Positions 10,701-22,600 of a stretch of 64,000 nt of DNA are shown here, piece by piece. Numbering within the stretch: position 1 is the stretch's first letter; each line of letters opens with the position of its first letter. The notes below the pieces were generated by a model. That model did not search any database. It was not told the origin of the DNA and worked only from the letters and a program-made list of their open reading frames with translations. Location of the stretch: NCBI GenBank assembly GCA_950097015.1, contig CATNEN010000039.1:1860001-1924000 (forward strand), written 5' to 3'. The translations under genes and the position numbers were made by a program. This DNA is from Macrostomum hystrix. Lineage: Eukaryota; Animalia; Platyhelminthes.

Positions 10701-13700
10701 AAATACTGGCTTAAGCCGGGAATAAAGTGAGCAGTGTTTCATATCAATGACCATGCTCAATTCAGATTATGACAACGAACAAGTCCTATTTTTAGTGGGC
10801 CGCGATTTCATAAAGATTCGAGCATTTGCGGAGCAGGTATTTCACACAAAGGCTCGCAGCTGAGTTATTGAATTCGGCTAATTACTTTTTCTTGACTAGA
10901 CTAATCAGGTAGCAGAGCACGATTCGTTTCCTACTTCCTACACTTCTCCCTCCGCTTGCTGCTGCACCCGGCCACATCAGGTGGGACAGTCTTGTTTGCT
11001 TTTCTCATTTCCTAATGCAAAGCGCATCAATGGTACTGTGAGCTTCATGCTCCGGCTTGTTCTCAATCGAACAACATTTTGTTATTTGTAGACTTCCTCT
11101 GCGCTGACGTAAATTAAATGGTAGCTTTAAGTCTCAGATTCCGTGCTCTGTCAATTTTTCCATATTCAAGATTTTTAGGAACAGTTGCACATTGATACAT
11201 TGGCGGGAAGCTAAAATTACCGCAGATATGTCTTTAGGATCAAATTGCAGCGCGAACGAATGCGCCATAATCCCGTTTTTTTATAAATTCCCCGCGCTTA
11301 AGATTTTCAGATTATCTTGTTACCAAGCCGAGCTTTTTTGGTTTTCAGAGAACAACGAGACCATTTAATCCTTCATAAAGCTCTAGCAGACATGTCCTGC
11401 TAAAAATAACATGTGCATGCGCTGTGTGTGGCGCTGCAGAGTGCCAGGCTGTGGAGAAAGTTTGCGTCAGTGCTGGCGGGAATGTGGGATAGATGTGGCA
11501 AACGGTACGCAGCCTGTCTCTCTTCCCCCGCTGCCGATCTGCGGTCTACAGATCAGAATGTAAAACAGTTTCTGGCTGGCTGCTCATGCTTTCCATTTTT
11601 TCTTAGAACCCAATTGTCAGGCCGTCTCGTTTTTTTCAAGCCTTTCTATATACTTTTCCGCCGGCTTCGCATGCGAGGGGCCTTCATCTGGAACCTTCCC
11701 CAGGGGAGCGCTTGGATACATGGATACATGGCTTTACCAGAAGGGAAAAGGGCATGTTCTTTCATCCTAGAGACGAGCTCAGCCCGTGTGCCTTGGCTTT
11801 CAAGCATAGCCAAAGCCACTTGCAGGCAGAATGAGCAGTCTCGGTCCTCAGCTGGGAACCGGTGACAACCGGGTGTTCATTATCAGCCACTGTTTCAATA
11901 GCGACCATTGCGCACTGCCTAAAAAATCAGATTTCCGACTCCGGAACGCTCCATTGACAGAAATGCTTCCTGGAATGCCCGCGTCTTGTTCAATACAATC
12001 TAGTTCATGCATCTCTCAGTCTAGCTGCTTTTGTCGTTTCGCTTCGTTTTCATACATAAAAAACATAAACTACATCAGATGAAGAAACACTAGCGAATGT
12101 GGCGCCGTTAGTGCATATGGATGCGACATTGGGTGGAGAATCCTGGATGAGCTGTTCATTATTCAACGATTTTCATGGTCCCAAAAAAAGATGAAATTTT
12201 AACACTTGGCATTAAAGTAAATCAAGGATGAAGCTGAATTCTGGGACATTTTTATTCCTAGGGACGCTTTGTATGATAAATTTTTACCTCACTGTTGGCA
12301 ATTGCTTTGCAGAGACCAATGAGATACTCTTAAACCCAATCTGCTTCTTGGTTTACTCCATCAACTTTTTTAACTGCACTGCTGGATTCTGTAGGATTAT
12401 CGACATTGTCCCCAGAGTCGCCTCTCATTGGTCCATCAGACGATTCCTACTCCCGTATTTCAGAATCGATTCTCGTCTTCACTTATGAGGCTCGGTGAAA
12501 CTTTGGTGACATTGAAGTCCAGTATTGAAACTGGTCTCGGTACAATACTTCTCGTCAAAGAGGAATTTCTAAGGCTATACAGAAACTTCCACAGAAATAA
12601 TTTCTTTATTTTTTTCAGCCAAGCAGTTGAGCCTTCTTGTGAAGTACTTGACTATTTTGTCCTGAAGTACAACTTGCCAAGAATTTATTCGAGATAGATT
12701 TTTATTTAGAATGAGTATTGGCTGTGTGGCGTCAGGTGTAGCATCCCTAGTTTCCTCCCCTTTTGCGCTGAGGCCGTGTAGGGTACTATAAGTACTAGAT
12801 GCGGGTCCTTGCTGGCCTGCGCGTGGCGCGAGGGCTCACAATTTCCCGGAGTCGGGGCGTCAGGACGCTCCCACACAGTCACGACGCGCGTCGGGACACA
12901 AGGGCGTAGGCTGCCTTCAGCGAGGCGTTGGGACGCGCAGGCTGGCTTAACTAATAGGCCTACAGTAATCCCCATCCAGAGTCGGCGTCATGACACACGG
13001 ATCCTTGCCCCTGCGGCCCTCGAGAGAAAGAAGGCGCACTTACTCTGATGGCAGACTGTCACTCTCGGACGGGCGGTGGTGACGGATTGGCTGACTCTTA
13101 TATTAGATCTTATGGTTACAATTCAGATAGTGCAGATAATAGAGAATCGTTGGTTTTGTGGCGAGCAGCGGCGCCAGCGCGGGGGGTCGGGCCCGGGGTC
13201 TGTGACACTCTGTGACACAGCGCACAGGCCGGCTCAAACCCCTCCAACCCCACCACCCCAAAGCCGCCTGCCCACGGCACGCCCTACCCCCCCCCCAACC
13301 AATCGCCTCGCGAGAGGACAAAGGGGGGTGGCAAAGGGGCGGTGGCCGCAGCCAATCAGATAAAGTGGGGGGAGAAGGTGCGACTAAGCGAGACGAAAAC
13401 AATAACAAGGGTGAGCTAAACGGGCAGGTGCACTGCACCGCAAAGGCAAGTACAACAACACACGAGTACGAGCGTGCAGCACAACACAGGTATCGGCAAA
13501 TAGGAATCCATACTGTCTAGGAAAATAGGAAAAATAAAAAAATTACACACAGCCCAGTTGGCACATCTGAAGGCTGCGTACAGCTGTTCAGTCCATGGAC
13601 TGGGGTGTGTGTCTCACCCCAGGTGATGCTGGCACAGCTGGGTAAATACGAGTAGAATTAACTGGGAATTAAGAATCTTGCTAAATGGAATTTTTGCCCA

Positions 13701-14193
13701 ATTCGCAGAGATTCAAACTCCTGACGTCTCATAAACCCGGCTAGATATTCAGTATCTGTAATCTACAATTCTTGGATTGCTCCTCATTCACCCGCCAGGT
13801 AATTCAATAGTCCACGACTCATGGAACATCCTGGAGCTGTTCGTGCGCCTCTTCGCTCTCGGCTCGGCCTGCGTCAATCCCTACCTGTATGGCTGGCTGA
13901 ACGAGGAGATCCGGGCCAGCCTGAAGGCCTGCCTGCCGCGCCAGTGCCGCGCCCTGCTTGGCAGCTCCGGTGCCGGTGGCGGTGACGCCCATGATGCCGA
14001 TGCTCATGACGCTGATGGAAAAATGAAAGCCGCAGTGTCCGAATTAAATTGCCGACCGATCGCCATAACGGAGGAGGCGGTGGCTGCCACGTGCGACAGC
14101 AACCTCAACGGCGATGACGGCTGCGTCGGCGGGGTGTCAACGACCGCTGCGCTCATTGTGCACAGCGAACCACGAAATGAAGAGGCGGCATGA
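7783..14193 (+). CDS. Rhodopsin-class neuropeptide GPCR, NPY/RFamide-receptor-like
   Basis: Exons (7783-7799, tentative micro-exon), 7937-8525, 9001-9400, 13799-14193, with consistent phases. Motifs: TM1 SN, TN.F..GLSLSD, DRY, ECL2 CAERW, TM6 FWSPW, TM7 CVNPYLYGWLN. Confidence 0.9.
9753..10314. mobile_element. Non-autonomous hAT-like MITE carrying a 19-bp minisatellite
   Basis: TIRs cagtggcgtagccag / ctggctacgcccctg; degenerate 8-bp TSD cctcaggg / cttcaagg. Confidence 0.8.
9795..10158. repeat. 19-bp minisatellite (caccaccacatgggggcgt)
   Basis: About 19 near-identical copies inside the MITE. Confidence 0.97.
13555..13650 (-). mobile_element. SINE family 1 fragment
   Basis: catctgaaggctgcgtacagctgttcagtccatggactgggg...gatgctggca. 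Confidence 0.7.
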
Positions 14194-14670
14194 ATACCAT
14201 CCGAAGTTTTTCGCTTGACACGACTGCTAAATTCGAAATATTATCGGTTTCCGTTGATTAGCAACGTTTGTTATGAACGTGTAGAGTTTTTGTTAACTAA
14301 AGGATACATTTCTACCATTATACTGAACTATTGAATTAAGCAAGACACTTAAGTCCCATTGCTTTGGAAATTTGGGAATCTTCCATTGTGGGATGGCACT
14401 CCTCTTCACTTTTTATATTCAAATTCAAATCTTCAAATTAATCCATCATTTTATCATGATCGGTAAAGGCATCTCCCACCCCCTGTTGACAAACAATCAC
14501 CCCGAATGGCAAATTATCGCTCTAATTCAGAAAACGAATTCCTCAAATTCAGAAGATTATCTATCTAATGCAGGAAATTATCCCTCTAATTAAGAAAATG
14601 ATCCCTTAAATTCAGAAAATTATCTTTCAAACAATTTTTTTTCTTCCGCCATGTGAGTTTCCGTTTAGTT

Positions 14671-15781
14671 CAGTGGTCGGCAAACTTATTAGCTAGAGGG
14701 CTAAAGAGAAAACCTTAAAGACGACAGCGTGCCGCAATGACTGCAGAAATATGAGACAGCGGAGAGATGAAACAGCGGAGAGATGAGACAGCGGAGAGAT
14801 GAGACAGCGGAGAGATGAAACAGCGGAGAGATGAGACAGCGGAGAGATGAAACAGCGGAGAGATGAGACAGCGGAGAGATGAAACAGCGGAGAGATGAGA
14901 CAGCGGAGAGATGAAACAGCGGAGAGATGAGACAGCGGAGAGATGAGACAGCGGAGAGATGAGACAGCGGAGAGATGAGACAGCGGAGAGATGAGACAGC
15001 GGAGAGATGAGACAGCGGAGAGATGAGACAGCGGAGAGATGAGACAGCGGAGAGATGAAACAGCGGAGAGATGAGACAGCGGAGAGATGAGACAGCGGAG
15101 AGATGAGACAGCGGAGAGATGAGACAGCGGAGAGATGAAACAGCGGAGAGATGAGACAGCGGAGAGATGAGACAGCGGAGAGATGAGACAGCGGAGAGAT
15201 GAGACAGCGGAGAGATGAAACAGCGGAGAGATGAGAAAGCGGAGAGATGAGACAGCGGAGAGATGAGACAACGGAGAGATGAGACAACGGAGAGATGAAA
15301 CAGCGGAGAGATGAGACAGCGGAGAGATGAGACAGCGGAGAGATGAGACAACGGAGAGATGAGAAAGCGGAGAGATGAGACAGCGGAGAGATGAGACAGC
15401 GGAGAGATGAGACAGCGGAGAGATGAGAAAGCGGAGAGATGAGACAGCGGAGAGATGAGACAGCGGAGAGATGAGACAGCGGAGAGATGAGACAGCGGAG
15501 AGATGAGACAACGGAGAGATGAGACAGCGGAGAGATAAGACAACGGAGAGATGAGACAGCGGAGAGATGAGACAACGGAGAGATGAGACAGCGGAGAGAT
15601 GAGACAGGCGAGGGATAATTAAGACACGGGAGAGTTGAGACGGGAAAGACGAGTCCAATGAGAGATGAGACAGGGGAAAGATGAAATAGGATACTGTATG
15701 GGTGTCGGAAGGGGCAACGGGCCGGAATTGGGAGCTTCGAAGGCCGCATCTGGACCGCCGGCTGGAGTTTGCCGACCCCTG
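14671..15781. mobile_element. Non-autonomous hAT (Charlie-like) MITE carrying a 16-bp minisatellite
   Basis: TIRs cagtggtcggcaaact / agtttgccgacccctg; flanks gtttagtt / gttagtt form an imperfect TSD. Confidence 0.8.
14752..15610. repeat. 16-bp minisatellite (gagacagcggagagat)
   Basis: About 53 copies; source of the spurious long minus-strand ORFs. Confidence 0.97.
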
Positions 15782-16819
15782 GTTAGTTAGACAGCTCCAG
15801 GTAGATAAGATCAATCTGTAGCAAAGCGAGTTGCTATGGACTTTGTCATGGACGTCTGTAAGCCTTTGTCCTGTCTCATATATATCAAACGAAATTTTGA
15901 AGCCTAAACTCGAATTGATGAACTAATGCTCCAATTCGTGCTCCATGTATTAGCTTAGATCTTATTTGCTTGAAAGGATCGATTTGACTCAACCATGGAG
16001 TTGAGTCCACTGTGTTTAATAGACTCAAAGAACAAAAAATTGCCCAAAGATTACACAAGCAGTCGCGAGTATGTATTCAGAAGCAAAATTCCAAGTAAAA
16101 ATATATGAAGACAGTGTTACTCCTGCAGCCCACTCCATCACAAACGGAGTCCGACATGCAGAGCTGTCCTCTTTCTCCTTTATTATTTTGACCTTGTACA
16201 TACTCACTTCAATTCTCAATAACTCCTTTCATAGTGACACGTTTATACAGAATGAGGAGATAAACAAGCTGCTTTACTTAGTCATATTCGGTGAATATTT
16301 AGTAGAAATACGAAAGGGCCTAGACAAAGTTTCAGGATTCTGCTAATTCCATACACTAGAAATCAACATACAGAAAACAATGCTAATGAGCTGCAACTGC
16401 CTCCCAAAGGATAGAGCGCAATTGTTTTTACAGGGTCGCCTAGTTGAATCCGTCCAAGAATGGAAAATACCTGGGCTTCGATTCGCTGTGGGGCTTCCTA
16501 GCCACAGAAACATAAACAGAAAGCATCTTTACAAGTATTCTTACCGACTTTTCGCTAAAATTTGTCCTGAGATGCATGTAATTCCTACAACGAGTTGTAA
16601 ATGAAGGGCAAATCTAGATTTTAAAATAACTCTTGAAATTTACCATTAAGTAAGTTGTTTCATTTAGCAATTGATGGCTAAAAATAACACTTATAATAGT
16701 TGCAGAATAGTATTCTTAGTTGCCTGTAGTGGTCATGAATATCACAGAATATTTTGCCCAGATACTGGTTTCTACCAACAACCCGCAAGTCTCTTTGATA
16801 AAAACAAGATCTATAAAGG

Positions 16820-16990
16820 TAATGCCCCGATTGGGCCAGGTGTGTCCAGCCAGCAGCAGAGCCGTAGCTTTTGCGAGGCGCATCTGAATTGTCTGGTCAC
16901 AGCTGTTCAGTCCATGGACTGGGGGATAGAGGTGCCGCTGCCACAGCAACTCTCGATTACCCCCAGCTAATGCTCATACCCATTTAACAA
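16820..16990 (-). mobile_element. SINE family 1 fragment (3' half)
   Basis: gccccgattgggccag...cagctgttcagtccatggactggggg...cccccagctaatgctcatacccatttaaca. Confidence 0.75.
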
Positions 16991-19658
16991 TAGAGAGAAT
17001 AGAGCCATAGTAGACGATTCCGTTTAACCAATGTAAGAGCGAATTTTCTATTTAACCACATTTCAACGACTACATTTAAGAACAGTATTTTGATCTTGCA
17101 TAGAAATTGCAAGAGCTTAATCTGCATATTTTACTTGTAATTTTTCTTGTACATTTGAATTTTCATTAATAATGGTTTGATGAGCAGGGTGATAAATGGA
17201 GATTTCGCGCTGTCTACTTTGGTTATCTGTGTGGTTACTGCACTGTGCGAACATGTTGTGATTTTACTAGCTCATGTGCACTGCACGCGACGGACCCCGA
17301 GGGCCCAAGATCAGCACGCTGGCTTGTAGCTGAGGTTGCTATCTGTAATGGATGGTCGTGCAATCTGAGGCCCTACCTGATTACAAAAGAGAGGCGCCGT
17401 TCCAAGGCCAGACTTGGTCAGGACCTGAAAATTATCGTACAAATAAGGTGTCTTCATAAAAAAGCAGACACGTGGAATTTGCATTTCATAAAATGTTCTA
17501 AACTTGCATAGAAAAATGTAAGATTTAAAATAATTTAAATAAAATAATTGTATATTTTATATTTATTTAAACAAGGTAAAATTACATTTGCTTTTTTTGT
17601 TAAAAGCACAATTTCCTTGACTTTCGAGGAAAATATATTACGCGCGGATTCATTAACACAAAAAGTTCAGTTTTAATTGTAACTATTTTTTTACCTAGCG
17701 TGAACACCACGTCCAAGTCAAGTTTGCTGGTGTGGTAAGTTAGTTTTTACTTTTGCTCACATGATATTGTATAAGGTTACGTATGTATGATTCCTAGAAA
17801 GTTGATACAAATACGCGAATAATTTTTCTTTGTTTGAATATGTTGTAACATTTTGACTATCTGACTATGTCTGCCCACCCCAATTTATTATATATATGCG
17901 CACGTTTTTCCGAACTAAGAGGCAGCGGTCCGCGAGACGAGAGTTCACAAATATATGTTTTGTAAGCAATAAGTTCTTTCACTTAATTTCACTCGTGTTC
18001 TGTTTTAATATTTGGTAGTAAAAGCGAAAGCTGATTGGTTATCAGAGACTTAGAGTCAGTTATATCAGTAGAGCGATAGAGTAAATAATACATACGTTGT
18101 GTCTGAATGGTACCCTCCAATCCATTTGAGCTCTTTAAAGACTGGTTGTAACCAATAATATTAAAGAGTGATTCTATACAGTTTGAGAGTTAAAGTGTCT
18201 GACTGCTCGGTCACTCGTGATTTGCTCCCACAGTTATTGAATATACATATATAATAAAGTGTTATACTTCGCTATAATTAGGTAAATTTAAGTATAACGA
18301 AAGTTGATTATTAACTATAAGAATTTTTGCATTAATTTACAAAGAAGAGAGGAGCTTTACGACACTTGCACAATCATGATGATAGAGCTATTAAAATTTT
18401 TGTTCGATTTCTACAAAAAAACACATTTATATCATGTGTTTAGGCCCTACTGTCAATTTATCACCCTGACCTCGCAGTACTACACAAAAGTGCTACACAA
18501 AAGTTGCGCTTTCAATTATTATTTTATCTAATTATCTAATTTATCTCCCCTTTCTTTTTTATTTTACTGTCAATATAGGTGAAGAAAAAACATTGCCCTT
18601 AGCCTATTGAAGGTTAAAGCTATTAATAAATTAGGCTAAGACGCCTAATATGTCCAAACTAAGTAATTATACCAATATAAAATTTCAACATAATTTTGTG
18701 CTTCTTCTTGCCTTGTCTAGCTCAAGCTGCTGCAGTACTGTAGCGTATGCTTTATGCAAAATATGTTTAACATTTTCTGAATGTCTAAACTTGTCAGCTG
18801 TCACTGATAAAGTGTTAGGGGAATGGAGGGCATACTTGTTATCTAAATATGCTAAAATTAGCTTCTTAGGCAAATAAAGTGCAAAAACATTTGAAAAAAA
18901 TCACTTAAGTTAAACATTTTCTGAGGCCATAGTTTTCATCATTTTATGTTAAAAAGCAATAGGTTCCATTTTTCTATTTAACCTCTCTAATAAAAAGTTG
19001 AAATGAAATATAATTAATTGTATGCATCACTCTGACCTCATCAAGCTATTATTATAAGAATAAATTATAAGATGTTATAAAAACTAGAATTAGATTACTC
19101 AATAGGCTTACGACTAATAGCCAGCATTGGTAGCATTATAGCCTGGACAGCTGCTTTAGCCAATGAAATATACACCTCTGGTTTAGTTAAGGCACAGAAT
19201 AAGCGGATGTGGATCTATAAGCTCCAGTGCATTAGGGCTGAAAGTGCCCAGTCTCCACACTGACAAGCAGAAGTTGTGTTGGTCGCTATGTTAGTTTACT
19301 ATGCCGATTTGCAGGCCTTGGTAGCAGAGGTAGCAGCTGTGTTGGCATCATTACAATTTTTATTCCTTAGTGTTTAGGCAGTGGAATTAACTTTAAAAAA
19401 ACCCACCTTTAAAGTTTATAATAGGTTACGTTTCAGTTTATGTCGCCAAGGTTGCTTAATATTTTTAATCTAAATTTTAATACAATATTATTATTATTAT
19501 ATTAAATCTTTGATAGCTCATGCACATGGCAACTATATTATGACATCCCAGGAACTCCAGAAACTTTGAGAAAATGTTTGAAGTTATAATTGTGCTTGAT
19601 GGTTATGATTCCTAGTTTTTTAAGTGACTATATTTAGGCCGTCTCATGGCTTATTCCC

Positions 19659-22600
19659 ATGATTTCCAGCTTGTCTGAACTCTCCTCTGAGATGTCGGGT
19701 CACGTGATGCAAAATTCGGAGCACCAGCTGTCACCACACAGGCAGCAGCAGCAGGCGCAACCCGTGGACTCCTTAGTTGTCATGCGGTCCTACTCCGGCT
19801 CCTCCAGTCTTAGCGTGGCGGCAGCCGACCTCGAGGACAGCGTCATGTTCCGCGACAAGCGCCTCTTCCTGGTGGCCTTCCCCAGCTTCGAACGAATCCG
19901 CCGGCAGGGCAAGCTGTGTGACGTCACCCTGCGAGTTGGGGCGTCAAAGTTCAGCGCGCACCGAGTTGTGCTGGCCGCCTCCATTCCATTCTTCTACGGC
20001 ATGTTCATGCACGACATGAAGGAGTGCGCCAAAGGCGAAGTTGAAATGCAAGGCATTGAGGCGCACGCACTGGAGTTGCTAATTAACTTTGCCTACACTG
20101 GCGAGGTGCAGATCACATGCGAGAATGTGCAGGTTTGACAAGTTCACTTTCACTTGCATGTTGAGCCCATAGATCATATACACCAATATGGGAGTCATTG
20201 ATTTCAATCTAGCTGATAAAATAAATTCTGCAACATAGAAAACTTTTCAGTAGTGCGCGCGCACACGAATGACAAAACTGATTTATCATTTTAGTCAGAA
20301 TTTAGCAAGACCATTTATTTTGATTAATTAACTAGGCTATCTAGATACTGACCGAATGATGCAGTCACTCATCGGGTAAACTGGTACACAGAATTAATCA
20401 CATAGTATATAGTGTAGTGACTTTACTTAATGCACCAAATTACCTTGATCTGTAGCTAATTGATTTACCTGTCGGCTGTCGGACAGTGGCTAAGCGTGTT
20501 TGCTCTCCACTCCCTCAGGAGCTATTCAGCGGAGCCAGCTACCTTCAGGTGCCGGAGGTGAAGAACGCTTGCGAGAATTTCATGCGCGCCCGCCTGTCAG
20601 TCAGCAATGTGGCCGATGTGTGCCGCTTTGCCCAGCAGTTCGACAGCCAGACTCTGGTGGCCGACTGTGAGGCCTTTATGGCTGAGCAATTCGGACTGTT
20701 CGCCGTTACCGACGAGTTCAAGGCGCTGTCCCGAGAGGAGCTCACCAGCCTGCTGGTCCGCGACGAGGTGCATGTCGGCAGCGAGGAGGAGGTTCGGCCT
20801 GCGGATGTTAATCCCTGATCATCCATCGGATGTTAATCCCTAATCATCCATCGGTTGTTAATCCCTAATCATCCATCGGGTGTTAATCCCTAATCATCCA
20901 TCGGTTGTTAATCCCTAATCATCCATCGGTTGTTAATCCCTAATCATCCATCGGGTGTTAATCCCTAATCATCCATCGGTTGTTAATACCTAATCATCCA
21001 TCGGTTGTTAATCCCTAATCATCCATCGGTTGTTAATCCCTAATCATCCATCGGGTGTTAATCCCTAATCATCCATCGGTTGTTTATCCCTAATCATCCA
21101 TCGGTTGTTAATCCCTAATCATCCATCGGGTGTTAATCCGTAATCATCCATCGGTTGTTAATCCCTAATCATCCATCGAATGTTAATCCTCAATGATCCA
21201 TCGGCTGTTAATCCTCAATGATCCATCGGCTGTTAATCCTCAATGATCCATCGGCTGTTAATCCTCAATGATCCATCGGCTGTTAATCCTCAATGATCCA
21301 TCGGCTGTTAATCCTCAATGATCCATCGGCTGTTAATCCTCAATGATCCATCGGCTGTTAATCCTCAATGATCCATCGGCTGTTAATCCTCAATGATCCA
21401 TCGGCTGTTAATCCTCAATGATCCATCGGCTGTTAATCCTCAATGATCCATCGGCTGTTAATCCTCAATGATCCATCGGCTGTTAATCCTCAATGATCCA
21501 TCGGCTGTTAATCCTCAATGATCCATCGGCTTTCAATCAATCGTGATCAGTCGAATTCATCAATCCATTAGCTAGAACATGCCTCTGTCGTCGATTGTTC
21601 TACCATGTCGCCCTCCTGTCCATCCAGGTGTACCAGGCCGGCCTTCGCTGGCTCTGCCATCGTCCACAGGAGCGCCAATCTGATGCTTTGGCCGTCCTTC
21701 GCTGCATCCGGCTGACTCAGCTGCCCACCAGCTTGCTGGCCGACATCAGCAAGGACCCGATGTTTCGCAACTCGCTGGAGTGCCGCGACCTGCTCGACGA
21801 CGCCAAGAATTATTTCCTGCTGCCTGAACGGCGCCAGGACCAGCTGAGCGCCATGCGCACCCAGCCCCGCGCCTGCCTGAGCTCTGGCGGCTGCATCTAC
21901 GCTGTCGGCGGCCTGACCTCCTCCGGTGACTCCATCTCCACTGTGGAATGCTACGATCCGGCCAAGAAGCAGTGGCGGGTGAGTCGACTGACTCGACTAA
22001 GACATACTCAGGTGTTGAGCACACACTCCACCAGCTCCTCGGGTTTAAGCAGGCACTCTCCCAGATCCTCAGGTTTGAGCACGTAATCTCCCAGATCCTC
22101 AGGTTTGAGCACGTAATCTCCCAGATCCACAGGTTTGAGCACGTAATCTCCCAGATCCACAGGTTTGAGCACGTAATCTCCCAGATCCTTAGGTTTGAGC
22201 ACGTAATCTCCCAGATCCTCAGGTTTGAGCACGTAATCTCCCAGATCCTCAGGTTTGAGCACGTAATCTCCCAGATCCTCAGGTTTGAGTACGTAATCTC
22301 CCAGATCCTCAGGTTTGAACAGAAAAAATTCATTTTTACCCCACTGTGCCTAGGTCGCCGAAAACATGACCACTCACCGTAGCCGCGTAGGCGTAGCCGT
22401 ACTTAACGGCCGCCTCTACGCCATCGGCGGCTACGACGGTCGTGACCGGCTGAATACCGTCGAACTGTTCGACCCGGCCGCTGGACAGTGGCGCCGCGTG
22501 GCCCCCATGAACTGCAAGCGCAGCGCCCTTGGCGCGGCCGCCCTAATCGGCAAATTGTACGTCTGCGGCGGCTACGACGGCGTCAGCTCGCTGCGCTCCT

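Noticed and set aside
12228-12700. Short ORFs in the GPCR intron as a possible transposon protein
   Set aside because: I could not recognise any RT, transposase or integrase motif.
14693-15814. Long minus-strand ORFs of 280-373 aa (likewise 1023-1550, 9772-10328, 23620-24297, 41212-41910, 46004-47185, 54563-55842, 62159-62695)
   Set aside because: They are stop-free translations of minisatellites with no coding signature.
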